64,000 bases of DNA, from assembly GCA_035263765.1 (NCBI GenBank), contig DATFQZ010000218.1, positions 56 through 64,055 on the forward strand, read 5' to 3'. A program made the translations under genes and the position numbers. Shown here piece after piece: positions 1-8,924 of this stretch. The notes beneath the pieces are model-generated. The model was not told the origin of the DNA. It did not search any database and worked only from the letters and a program-made list of their open reading frames with translations. Within the stretch, counting starts at the first letter, position 1; each line of letters starts with the position of its first letter. Source of the DNA: Candidatus Angelobacter sp. (GTDB taxonomy: Bacteria > Acidobacteriota > Terriglobia > Terriglobales > Acidobacteriaceae).

Positions 1-229
1 CAGCAAGCGCCCACCGACAAACTCAGCCACGACGATGGATAAGACACCGGCAAAAAGGAGAACCAGATTAAATGGGATCCGCCGAATCTCCCACCATGCG
101 ATTGCATCCCAAGGTCGTCTCAAACCATGCATAGCCCTATCGCCTCAGATTCACCCGGATCCCTGCAATTTCCGGAAATACAGCCGCCGGGAAGGCAGAA
201 ATCCCGCATCAATTATAGAATCAATACCT

Positions 230-1486
230 ATGCTCAAACGGGCCGTCGTCACAGGAATGGGTGTGGTTAGCCCGAATGGAATTGGCAATACAGCCTTTTG
301 CCGCGCGGTTTTGGACGGCAAGAGCGGCGTCAAGCTGATTTCCCGCTTTGACACCAGCGAAGTCCCCGTCAAGATTGCCGGTGAGATCGCCAACGGGGAT
401 TTCAACGAACTGGACTGGATGGAGGCTCGCGAACGCAAGCATGTTTCACGCTGCGTGCCTCTGGCCATCGCCGCGGCAACCGAAGCGCTCCGCGAGGCCG
501 GCATCGACCCCACGAAACTTTCGCTCGACCAGCAGCGGGAAATCGGCGTGGCCCTGGGCACCGGCGGTGGCGCCAACGATTTTACCGACCACCAATACCA
601 TCTTTACTACCAGGGCAAGATCAAGCAAGTCAGCATCTTCACCATTCCCAGCGGCACCATGGGAACCATGTCCAGCGAGATCAGCATGCGCTTTGGCTTC
701 CGCGGCCCAAGCCAGGTGGTCACCAGCGGTTGCACTTCTTCGACTGACGCCATTGCCTACGCGGTGCGGCAAGTCCAGCTCGGCGCACAGTCGGCCATGC
801 TCGCCGGGGGAACCGATTCACCGCTGGCCTGGGGGATCTTGAAGGCCTTTATCCTGATGCGCATCATGACCGAATCCTGGAACCACGAGCCGGAGCGCGG
901 CTCGCGCCCCTTCAACCTGGACCGCGACGGATTCGTCATCGCCGAAGGCTCATGGATGTTCGTGATCGAAGAATACGAGCGCGCGCGGGCCCGCGGCGCG
1001 CGTATCTACGCCGAAATTGCCGGTTACGGCTCCACGTGCGAAGCATTTCATCGAGTGCGCCTCCAGGAATGTGGAGAAGAACCGGCCCGAGCCATCGGCC
1101 TGGCGATGCGGGAAGCCGGCATTGGGCCGGAAAACGTTCAGTACGTGAATCTCCACGGCACATCCACGGAACTGAACGACCGCATTGAGACCCGCGCCCT
1201 CAAGCTGGCGTTGGGCGACCATGCGTACAAAGTGCCCATGTCGGCGCTGAAGTCGCAGATCGGGCACCCTCAAGGAGCCTGCGGCGCCGCCGGCATTGCC
1301 GCGACGCTGATCGCCATGAAGCACAACCAGATCCCGCCGACTATCAACCTGGAAAAACCTGATCCAGCTTGCGACCTGGATTACGTGCCTGAGGTGGGCC
1401 GCAAAGCAGAGATCGAGCACGCCATCTGCAACTGCATCGCATTCGGGTCCAAGAATTCAGCCCTGGTGTTGCGGAGAGTGGACTAG
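230..1486 (+). CDS. beta-ketoacyl-ACP synthase (KAS II / type II PKS ketosynthase-like)
   Basis: ORF 35..1486. KAS N-terminus 'RAVVTGMGVVSPNGIG', active-site Cys in 'VTSGCTSSTDAI', His motifs 'EAFH' and 'NLHGTSTELND', C-terminal 'NCIAFGSKNSALVL'. Start trimmed to ATG 230 (MLKRAVVTG); the upstream 65 codons are Arg/Pro-rich with no KAS counterpart. Confidence 0.85.
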   Translation: MLKRAVVTGMGVVSPNGIGNTAFCRAVLDGKSGVKLISRFDTSEVPVKIAGEIANGDFNELDWMEARERKHVSRCVPLAIAAATEALREAGIDPTKLSLDQQREIGVALGTGGGANDFTDHQYHLYYQGKIKQVSIFTIPSGTMGTMSSEISMRFGFRGPSQVVTSGCTSSTDAIAYAVRQVQLGAQSAMLAGGTDSPLAWGILKAFILMRIMTESWNHEPERGSRPFNLDRDGFVIAEGSWMFVIEEYERARARGARIYAEIAGYGSTCEAFHRVRLQECGEEPARAIGLAMREAGIGPENVQYVNLHGTSTELNDRIETRALKLALGDHAYKVPMSALKSQIGHPQGACGAAGIAATLIAMKHNQIPPTINLEKPDPACDLDYVPEVGRKAEIEHAICNCIAFGSKNSALVLRRVD

Positions 1487-1634
1487 CCAGCTTTCCCGGG
1501 CCGTCGCCCGGGGAGCAGTGGGCTCGCGCTTAGGTTTGCGAGACGTTCTGGTCGCGCCACGCGCAATCGGCCAAGGGATTCGCGATGACCTCCGGTGGGG
1601 TGTATGCGTCTAACGATAAAATAGAAGTTTACCC

Positions 1635-3623
1635 ATGTCGCAGGAAGAGGAAGTATTAGGCAAGGCGTACGACAGCCGGCTGATGAAGCGGCTGCTGGGT
1701 TATCTGCGCCCGTACAAATTGCAAAGCACCGTAGCCCTCGCTGCGATTCTCCTGAGAGTGGTTCTGGGCCCCGAAGTCATCGGCCCTGTGCTTTTTGCCA
1801 CCGCCATCGACAAGTACCTGGCCAACAAGCACGTGGTTCACCTGAAGCTGCTGGAGCGCTGGCTGAGCCCCCAGCCCTTGAGGGGTATCGGCGAGATTGC
1901 GTTGATTTATTTCACCACGCTGCTTTTCAGCTTCGTGCTGGAGTTTATCCAGACCTACTGGATGCAATGGACAGGACAGAAAGTGATGTTCGATCTGCGC
2001 AGCCAGATCTTCCGTCATTTGCAGCAGATGCACGTCGGCTTCTATGACAAGAATCCCGTCGGCCGGCTGGTGACCCGCGTCACCACCGACGTGGACGCGT
2101 TGAACGAAATGTTCACCGCCGGCGTGGTCTCGATCTTTGAAGACGTATTCATTCTCACCGGCATCGTAGCGTTTATGCTCTGGATGCAGTGGCGGCTGGC
2201 GTTGATTACGTTTGCGGTGCTGCCCGTGATCTTCTGGGTGACGATGATCTTCCGCAAGTCGGTGCGCGAGTCTTACCGGCGGATCCGCGTGGCGATCGCC
2301 CGCATCAACGCGTATCTGCAGGAGCACGTGTCCGGCATGGTGGTGTTGCAGTTGTTCAACCGCGAGAGGCGGGCGTATGACAGCTTCACCAAAATCAACG
2401 CCTTGCACATGGAAGCCTTCAAGGACGCCATCCTGGCCTACTCCTTCTACTACCCCGTGGTGGAATTTCTCTCGACAGCAGCCATCGCGTCTGTTGTGTG
2501 GTTCGGCGGACTGATGGCGTTGAAGTACATGGGACCGAACTTGGTCAGCGGCGCCACCGTGGTCGCTGGCACCATCACGGCAGGCGTGGTGACGGCATTC
2601 ATGCAGTACGCCCTACGCTTCTTCCGTCCCATCCAGGACCTGAGCGAGAAGTACAACATTCTGCAATCGGCGATGGCAGCGAGTGAGCGCATCTTCAAGC
2701 TGTTGGATACGCCGGTGGAGGTGCTTTCGCCGCCGGATCCGGTCGAGTCTCCCAGTCGCGGACGCATCGAATTCGACCACGTCTGGTTCGCCTACCGCAG
2801 GCTTCCGCTGGGAGACGGCGACGGCAGCGCCGCGGCTTCTTCCGCGGAAAGCAACGGCCACGGCGAGACGTTAGTCACACCCCCCGATCACGGGGATTTC
2901 GATTGGGTGTTGCGCGACGTCTCCTTCACCATCGAACCTGGCGAGACGATAGCCATTGTGGGCCACACCGGCGCCGGCAAGACCACCATCATCTCGCTGC
3001 TCATGCGCTTTTACGATATTCAGAAAGGCTCCATTCGCATTGACGGCGTTGACGTGCGCGAGATGGATCTGACGACGCTGCGCCGCCGCTTCGGCGTGGT
3101 CTTGCAGGATCCGTTCCTGTTCTCGGGAACCATCGAGACCAACATCCGCCTGGGCTCGAGCTGGATTGACGACGCACAGGTGGCATCCGCTGCGGAGAGT
3201 GTGAACCTGGGCGACTTCATCCGCTCTTTGCCGCATGGCTTCCAGGAACCGGTGCTGGAACGCGGCAGCACGCTGAGCACGGGCCAGAAACAGCTCATCT
3301 CTTTTGCCCGCGCCCTTGCACACGATCCCCGCATCCTGATTCTCGATGAAGCTACCTCCAGCGTGGACACCGATACCGAACTGAGGGTGCGCGAGGCGCT
3401 GACCACCATGGTGGAAGGACGCACTTCGGTGATCATCGCTCATCGGCTCTCGACCATCCAGCGCGCCGACAAGATCATCGTGATGCACAAAGGCCAACTG
3501 CGCGAGATCGGCAGCCATCAGGAACTGCTCGCCCGTCGCGGCATCTATTGGAAGCTCTACCAGCTCCAGTACAAGGATCAGGAGCTGGGCGTGGGCGAGA
3601 CGCAAGTCGGAGCGGACGACTGA
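1635..3623 (+). CDS. ABC exporter, fused permease/ATP-binding protein (MsbA/multidrug-exporter type)
   Basis: N-terminal multi-helix ABC exporter membrane domain, then an NBD with Walker A 'GHTGAGKTT', signature 'LSTGQKQL', Walker B 'ILILDEATS' and H-loop 'IAHRLST'. Confidence 0.9.
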   Translation: MSQEEEVLGKAYDSRLMKRLLGYLRPYKLQSTVALAAILLRVVLGPEVIGPVLFATAIDKYLANKHVVHLKLLERWLSPQPLRGIGEIALIYFTTLLFSFVLEFIQTYWMQWTGQKVMFDLRSQIFRHLQQMHVGFYDKNPVGRLVTRVTTDVDALNEMFTAGVVSIFEDVFILTGIVAFMLWMQWRLALITFAVLPVIFWVTMIFRKSVRESYRRIRVAIARINAYLQEHVSGMVVLQLFNRERRAYDSFTKINALHMEAFKDAILAYSFYYPVVEFLSTAAIASVVWFGGLMALKYMGPNLVSGATVVAGTITAGVVTAFMQYALRFFRPIQDLSEKYNILQSAMAASERIFKLLDTPVEVLSPPDPVESPSRGRIEFDHVWFAYRRLPLGDGDGSAAASSAESNGHGETLVTPPDHGDFDWVLRDVSFTIEPGETIAIVGHTGAGKTTIISLLMRFYDIQKGSIRIDGVDVREMDLTTLRRRFGVVLQDPFLFSGTIETNIRLGSSWIDDAQVASAAESVNLGDFIRSLPHGFQEPVLERGSTLSTGQKQLISFARALAHDPRILILDEATSSVDTDTELRVREALTTMVEGRTSVIIAHRLSTIQRADKIIVMHKGQLREIGSHQELLARRGIYWKLYQLQYKDQELGVGETQVGADD

Positions 3624-3700
3624 GTTTTCAGATCGGGTGATCGCCGTGATCGGGTGATCGGTATTCCAAAGACGCATTCTGGAGGACGGTCAATGAAGCG

Positions 3701-3919
3701 TTGGCTGACGCGTTCGCTCTCTTCCTTGGGTTCATCTTTGTGCTGCAGGCGATTATTCTTCTGCCTGTTTTGGTGCATATGGTCCGCGGCCGCGCTACAG
3801 GCTTTGCTCTCGTTGTTGGCTCACCCGCTGAGAATCTTTTGCGCGTCGCGGTCTTGACGGTTCTTGCGCTGATTGCATATTGGCTTTCCGGCAGATTCGT
3901 GAAGCCTAGGTGTGGTTGA
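3701..3919 (+). CDS. small hydrophobic membrane protein (hypothetical)
   Basis: 72-codon ORF with two hydrophobic helices. Its C-terminus 'IAYWLSGRFVKPR' matches the next ORF ('LSYWLSGKLVKSR'), which supports this frame over the overlapping 3654..3857 frame. Non-ATG start, uncertain. Confidence 0.35.
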   Translation: MADAFALFLGFIFVLQAIILLPVLVHMVRGRATGFALVVGSPAENLLRVAVLTVLALIAYWLSGRFVKPRCG

Positions 3920-4157
3920 CCGAGGAGACATGAGACGATTCGTCATTGCGACCGGGATTTTCCTTGCCGCAGTCCTGTTGTTATCTCTGTCGGGTTTGTT
4001 TCAAATTTACCGCTTCCTTGCCGGGGCGCACGTCGCGTGGGGCTTCTACGTTACGCTCGGTCCACCTGCATCGATTCTTAAAGGCATCGCATTCTTGATT
4101 TTGCTTGCAACGCTTTCTTATTGGCTGTCTGGAAAGCTGGTTAAATCCCGCGCATAG
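3912..4157 (+). CDS. small hydrophobic membrane protein, tandem paralog of 3701..3919
   Basis: 81-codon ORF with two hydrophobic helices and the shared C-terminal 'YWLSG(K/R)(L/F)VK' motif. Alternative ATG start at 3930 (MRRFVIATG). Confidence 0.45.
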   Translation: MVDRGDMRRFVIATGIFLAAVLLLSLSGLFQIYRFLAGAHVAWGFYVTLGPPASILKGIAFLILLATLSYWLSGKLVKSRA

Positions 4158-4177
4158 AGCGCTCATACCTTCACCCG

Positions 4178-4576
4178 ATGAGCAGATCACCGGCCCTCCT
4201 CAGCTTTATGTTCAGAGGTAAACTATTTCCTTGCGTGCCTCTCGCCGACCTTAACCCGAGCGAACTCGAGATTGTAAGAGACTGTCTTCGTGCGTCGGTG
4301 GAGGGTCCCTTTTTCCCCGACTGGGAATTCTTTACACTCTTCGGCCTCACGCGCGACGAACTCAAACAGATTCTTGCCTTCTGGCCGAATCTCAACGAAG
4401 CAGATAAGTCCGTTATGCTTGCCATCAACAACTCTTTCAACAATTTGATTGGCTATCCCCATGGCATGCACGATAGCTGGTCGGAATTTGTACCAGTCTC
4501 GGCGAAGGAGCTCCACCGGATTTTTGTAAAATGGAGGGGCGCGTCCATCCAGAACTATGTCGATGGTATGATGTAG
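4178..4576 (+). CDS. hypothetical cytoplasmic protein (132 aa)
   Basis: Intact ATG ORF in a lower-GC stretch, with non-repetitive, protein-like composition. I recognise no family. Confidence 0.5.
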   Translation: MSRSPALLSFMFRGKLFPCVPLADLNPSELEIVRDCLRASVEGPFFPDWEFFTLFGLTRDELKQILAFWPNLNEADKSVMLAINNSFNNLIGYPHGMHDSWSEFVPVSAKELHRIFVKWRGASIQNYVDGMM

Positions 4577-4636
4577 CACCTTACGCCACCGTCCTCACCC
4601 TTGCCGTCTGCATTTACAATCTCCCCCGGAGCCTTC

Positions 4637-6325
4637 ATGCCAAAACTACTCCGCTGTTCCTTTCTTGCCCTGTTTCTTCTCCTTGCGCTCACAGCCTTGC
4701 GTGCCGCTGAGGTTCCCTACGACATCATCATCCGCAACGGCCACATCATCGACGGCACCGGCTCTCCCTGGTATTCGGGCGACATCGGCATTCGCGACGG
4801 GCGCATTGCAGCCATCGGTTTTCTGGGCGCCGCGCAGGCCAAACGCACCATTGACGCACACGGTTTGGTGGTCGCCCCGGGCTTCATCGATATGCTCGGG
4901 CAGTCGGAGATGACGATCCTGGTGAACCCGCATCTGCCTTCCAAGATCTTTCAGGGCATTACCACGGAAATCACCGGCGAGGGCGGCTCGGCAGCTCCGC
5001 TCAATGACGCGATCATCAAAGCCGATCAGGTCTCCTACGACCACCTCAAGATCACGCCTGACTGGCGTACTTTGCGCCAGTACTTCGCCCGCCTGGAGAA
5101 GCAGGGCATGGGCATCAATCTGGGCACCTACGTCGGCGCCACACAGGTTCGCCGCATGGTACTGGGCGACGATAAAGTCCAGCCCACTCCCGCGCAACTT
5201 GAGCAGATGAAGGCCCTGGTGCGCGACGCCATGCATGACGGCGCCGTGGGCGTCTCCACGTCGCTGCAGTACGCACCCGCCCCCTATGCATCGACCGAAG
5301 AGCTGATCGCACTCGCCGGCGAAGCCTCGAAATTCGGCGGCGTCTACGCCACGCACATGCGCAGTGAGGGCTCGGCCATCTCTGCGGCCATTGATGAAGC
5401 CGTCCGCATCGGGCGCGAAGCAAAGATTCCCGTGGAGATCTGGCACCTGAAAGCCGCGGGCAAGCCGCAGTGGGGCCAGATGCCGCAGATTCTTGCCCAG
5501 ATCGAAAAGGCGCGCTCCTCCGGCGTCGACATCAGCGCCAACACCTACGCCTACCCTGCATGGTTCAACTCTTTTTCTGCCTTCATTCCGCCCTGGGCTC
5601 ATGACGGCGGCGACGCCAAGCTGGTGGAGCGCCTCAAGGATCCCGCCCTCCGCGCCCGCATCCGCAAGGAGATGGAGACGCCAACGACCGAGTGGGACAA
5701 CGAATGGCAGGAGATCGCCGGCCCGGACGCGATCCTTATCAGCGTTGTGCAGAACCAACAGCTCCTTCCGCTTCAGGGAAAGACCGTCGCTCAAGTCGCG
5801 AAGATATGGAACAAAGACCCCATCGACACCATCTTCGATCTGCTGATCCAGGACAACGCCTACACCTACGTCGCTGTCTTTGGCATGTCGGAGCCCGATG
5901 TCTCTCTGGCTCTCCAGCAATCTTGGGTCTCCGTCGACAACGACTCGCAAGGAACCGCCCCTGACGGCCTGCTCGGCCAGGAGCATCCGCATCCGCGTGC
6001 CTACGGCACGTTCCCGCGCATCCTGCGTAAGTATGTCCGTGAAGAGAAAAAGCTGCGCCTGGAAGATGCGATCCGCAAATTTACGGCACTGCCGGCGCAG
6101 CGCATGCGCCTCAGCGATCGTGGCGTTTTGAAGGCCAGCTTGTGGGCCGATGTGGTGATCTTTGACCCCGAGACCATCACCGATCGCGCTACTTTCGAAA
6201 ACCCCAACCAGCTCTCGGAAGGCATGCAGTATGTGCTGGTGAATGGCGTGCCCGTGATCGACAACGGCAAGGCGACGAACGCGCTTCCCGGCAAAGTGTT
6301 GCGTGGGCCGGGATACCAGCCGTAG
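4637..6325 (+). CDS. N-acyl-D-amino-acid deacylase (D-aminoacylase) family amidohydrolase, secreted
   Basis: Signal-like N-terminus 'MPKLLRCSFLALFLLLALTALRA'. Family motifs 'IIRNGHIIDGTG..DIGIRDGRIAAIG', 'APGFIDMLGQSE', 'ATHMRSEG', 'ADVVIFDPETI'. ATG 4637 preferred over the TTG at 4601 (SD-like CGGAG 6 nt upstream). Confidence 0.85.
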   Translation: MPKLLRCSFLALFLLLALTALRAAEVPYDIIIRNGHIIDGTGSPWYSGDIGIRDGRIAAIGFLGAAQAKRTIDAHGLVVAPGFIDMLGQSEMTILVNPHLPSKIFQGITTEITGEGGSAAPLNDAIIKADQVSYDHLKITPDWRTLRQYFARLEKQGMGINLGTYVGATQVRRMVLGDDKVQPTPAQLEQMKALVRDAMHDGAVGVSTSLQYAPAPYASTEELIALAGEASKFGGVYATHMRSEGSAISAAIDEAVRIGREAKIPVEIWHLKAAGKPQWGQMPQILAQIEKARSSGVDISANTYAYPAWFNSFSAFIPPWAHDGGDAKLVERLKDPALRARIRKEMETPTTEWDNEWQEIAGPDAILISVVQNQQLLPLQGKTVAQVAKIWNKDPIDTIFDLLIQDNAYTYVAVFGMSEPDVSLALQQSWVSVDNDSQGTAPDGLLGQEHPHPRAYGTFPRILRKYVREEKKLRLEDAIRKFTALPAQRMRLSDRGVLKASLWADVVIFDPETITDRATFENPNQLSEGMQYVLVNGVPVIDNGKATNALPGKVLRGPGYQP

Positions 6326-6335
6326 TTTTGAAAAT

Positions 6336-6434
6336 CCCGAGCGGAGCGAGGGATCCCTATAGCCGCGAGAGTCTTGAGGCCAGGAAATCGGCCAAGATTT
6401 TTGCGATTATAGGCTTCCCTCGCTTACGCTCGGG
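6336..6434. repeat. REP-like imperfect inverted repeat (arms about 26 bp, 'CCCGAGCGGAGCGAGGGATCCCTATA')
   Basis: Left arm 6336-6361 and right arm 6408-6434 are reverse complements with a few mismatches. The core 'cccgagcggagcg' recurs at 56617-56629. Confidence 0.7.
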
Positions 6435-6446
6435 ACAGGACAACGC

Positions 6447-7598
6447 ATGAACTTCCTCCTCTCCGCCGGCGAAGCTTCCGGCGACACCTACGGCGCGCAG
6501 CTTATCGAGGCGCTGAAGCAGCTCGTGCCGGACATGAAGTTCTTCGGCATGGGCGGAGAAAAGATGCAAGCCGCCGGCTGCGAGCTACTGGTCCACGCCA
6601 GGGAAGTCGCTGTGGTGGGACTGGTAGAAGTTGTCACGCACTTGCCGCACATTCGTCGTCAGTTCAAGGCGCTTGTCGCCGAATGTGGGCGCCGCAAGCC
6701 CGACGCCGCAGTGCTCATTGACTTCCCCGACTTCAATTTGCGCCTGGCGCGCGAACTACACCGCCTGCATATTCCTGTCTTCTACTTCATCAGCCCGCAG
6801 CTCTGGGCGTGGCGCAGCGGCCGGGTCAAGCAAATCCAGAAGTATGTTCGCAAGATGATCGTCATCTTTCCGTTTGAGCAGGAGTTCTATCGCAAGCACG
6901 GCGTGGACGTAACTTATGTGGGGCACCCACTGGCGCACAGCGCGGAAAGTTCAGTCTCGCGCCGGGAATTCGCGGCACAGAACCACCTTGAGGCCGGCAA
7001 GCAATGGATCGCGCTGCTGCCGGGCAGCCGGAAGAAGGAAGTGCTATTGAACCTGCCGGAGATGCTGTCGGCTGCGCGCCTTCTGGAAGGGGACGGTGAC
7101 TACGAGTTCGTTCTTCCCGTGGCTTCAACTCTCAGCCAGGAGTGGATGCGCGCGCAGCTTAGCGGCCCCGAAGAAAGCGTGCCGGTCCGGCTCACCGGAG
7201 ATTCGCGCGTGACGTTGAAGCATGCTCGCGCCGCCGTGGTCGCCAGCGGCACAGCCACGGTGGAAGCCGCGCTCGCCGGAACGCCGTTCGTGGTCGTGTA
7301 CCGCGTGGCGCCGCTAACATGGCTCCTGGGACGCCGCTTGGTCAACCTCAACACCTTCGCCATGCCCAACCTGATCCAGGGCAAGGAGCGCCATGCTGTC
7401 CCGGAACTGATCCAGAAGGATTTCACCGCGAGCAACATCGTGCGCGAGTTGCAGGCCATCATCCCGGACGACGCTCCGCGGACACGGATGCTTGCTGACC
7501 TCAAGGAAGTTCGCGAGAAACTTCGTGACAGCGGTGACCCTGAAGTGCCGGCCGTGCGGGCTGCAGGGGAGATTCTCAGGTTGCTGCCGCGACGCTGA
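6447..7598 (+). CDS. lpxB: lipid-A-disaccharide synthase
   Basis: Characteristic N-terminus 'MNFLLSAGEASGDTYGAQLIEAL', 'YFISPQLWAWRSGR', 'ASGTATVEAAL', and a length of about 383 aa. Confidence 0.9.
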   Translation: MNFLLSAGEASGDTYGAQLIEALKQLVPDMKFFGMGGEKMQAAGCELLVHAREVAVVGLVEVVTHLPHIRRQFKALVAECGRRKPDAAVLIDFPDFNLRLARELHRLHIPVFYFISPQLWAWRSGRVKQIQKYVRKMIVIFPFEQEFYRKHGVDVTYVGHPLAHSAESSVSRREFAAQNHLEAGKQWIALLPGSRKKEVLLNLPEMLSAARLLEGDGDYEFVLPVASTLSQEWMRAQLSGPEESVPVRLTGDSRVTLKHARAAVVASGTATVEAALAGTPFVVVYRVAPLTWLLGRRLVNLNTFAMPNLIQGKERHAVPELIQKDFTASNIVRELQAIIPDDAPRTRMLADLKEVREKLRDSGDPEVPAVRAAGEILRLLPRR

Positions 7599-7626
7599 AC
7601 GGACCGCGGCTGCGCTTCCAAAAAGA

Positions 7627-7661
7627 CAGCCTGGTGCGGGATATCACCCACTGCCAGGCTG
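7627..7661 (-). terminator. rho-independent terminator candidate for the OMP gene
   Basis: 8-bp stem 'cagcctgg'/'ccaggctg' (7627-7634 and 7654-7661). On the minus strand it is followed by a TCTTTTTGG tract, about 30 bp past the stop of 7693..8592. Confidence 0.55.
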
Positions 7662-7692
7662 ACGATTGGAACTTACGTTCGCGGCCCCAGAA

Positions 7693-8592
7693 CTAGAACT
7701 TGAACCCAAAACCGAAGCGAGCTACGTTCGCCGTCGCATCATTCCATGTATAGGCAACCTGGAATTGCGGGAATGGTGGAGGCGGGAACGGAATGGACGG
7801 GTTGGCGGTAAACGACTGACTGCCGAGGTTGTAGTGCAAATACTCGGCTCGCGCAGTAAGCCCTTTGCCGATCGCAAATTCAAAGCCGCCGCCGCCGGTC
7901 CAGCCGGTCTTAGTCTTGCTGAAGGCGGCAATGTATTGCTCATTCCCAGCCAGGCGAAAGTCCGTGTTGGCTGTGTAGCCCACATGACCGATCGCCAGGC
8001 CGCCGGTGCCATAGACCAGCACGCGCGAGCCCAGGGCAAAGCCGAGCCGCCCGCGCACCGTGGAGAGCGCATCCGTCCTCTGGTTCACGATGATGTGGTT
8101 CCCTACGCCCGGGAAGGGTGTTCCATTGTTCTGAGTAATAGGAGCAACCTCCTTCGTGCCATCAATTCCTGCAGCCGAAATGTCAGCTTCGGGCCCAAGG
8201 ACGAAATGACCTCTTTGCCAGTTGTAGCCCAACTCGGCGCCACCGAGAAGCCCGCTCGGGCTCTGTCTTAGAGTCTGCGGCGCCAGGTTAATGAACTGGG
8301 CAGCCGTAGGCAGCGGGTTGACGAACGTGTCTGCCGTGGCTAAGGCATAGCCGAAGGTGACGCCAACGTACGGCCCAGTCCAGCTGAGTCCGGACGCCGA
8401 TGGCGGTGGCGCCGGTGCCGGCGACGCCGTAGTGGTCGTCATTGGCGCGGTCGCGGACGCCAGCAGGACGGTGGTGCTTGAATTGGACTCCTTCTCCTGG
8501 CCCGGCTGTTGTTGTGCACATGCCAAGGCCCCTGTTACCGCCAACGCTACGCAGGCAAGCCAGTGGGACACACTTCTCACAGAAGTATTCAT
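7693..8592 (-). CDS. outer-membrane beta-barrel protein (OmpA-like/porin-family barrel)
   Basis: Signal peptide 'MNTSVRSVSHWLACVALAVTGALACAQ', Gly/aromatic-rich alternating beta-strand pattern, terminal 'RFGFGFKF' ending in Phe. Confidence 0.8.
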   Translation of the reverse strand: MNTSVRSVSHWLACVALAVTGALACAQQQPGQEKESNSSTTVLLASATAPMTTTTASPAPAPPPSASGLSWTGPYVGVTFGYALATADTFVNPLPTAAQFINLAPQTLRQSPSGLLGGAELGYNWQRGHFVLGPEADISAAGIDGTKEVAPITQNNGTPFPGVGNHIIVNQRTDALSTVRGRLGFALGSRVLVYGTGGLAIGHVGYTANTDFRLAGNEQYIAAFSKTKTGWTGGGGFEFAIGKGLTARAEYLHYNLGSQSFTANPSIPFPPPPFPQFQVAYTWNDATANVARFGFGFKF

Positions 8593-8924
8593 CGATTCTC
8601 CTAAAAGGGCTCTCTTAGTTGTTTTGGGGGGTGTTGCTCAGTGTATAGTGAAAGGTCGCGGAAGTTTGTTACGAAAGACTGGTTTTTGACTCCGAGATTC
8701 GTCGTATATTCGCTTTGATCGGTATGCGACGCGAGCGACGAAGCACGAACTCTGCTGTGAAACGGCCGTAGAGAACAGGCATTTTCGGTTTCACGCGTCA
8801 ACCTCGCTTTTTCTCCTTAACCTCCCTTCTGAGCAGCCGCGCGCCCGGTTCTACAGTGGTGCAAAAGCAGCTTTTTTGGGACAATTTACATCTAAGCCCC
8901 TTATTGTCAATCTGGAGAGTCTTC

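Noticed and set aside
35-229. 65-codon N-terminal extension of the KAS ORF
   Set aside because: The canonical KAS N-terminus starts at ATG 230. The extension is Arg/Pro/His-rich and has no counterpart in the family.
4646-5992. 448-codon minus-strand ORF
   Set aside because: Antisense to the D-aminoacylase-family gene. No recognisable motifs, Arg/Gly/Ala-rich composition.
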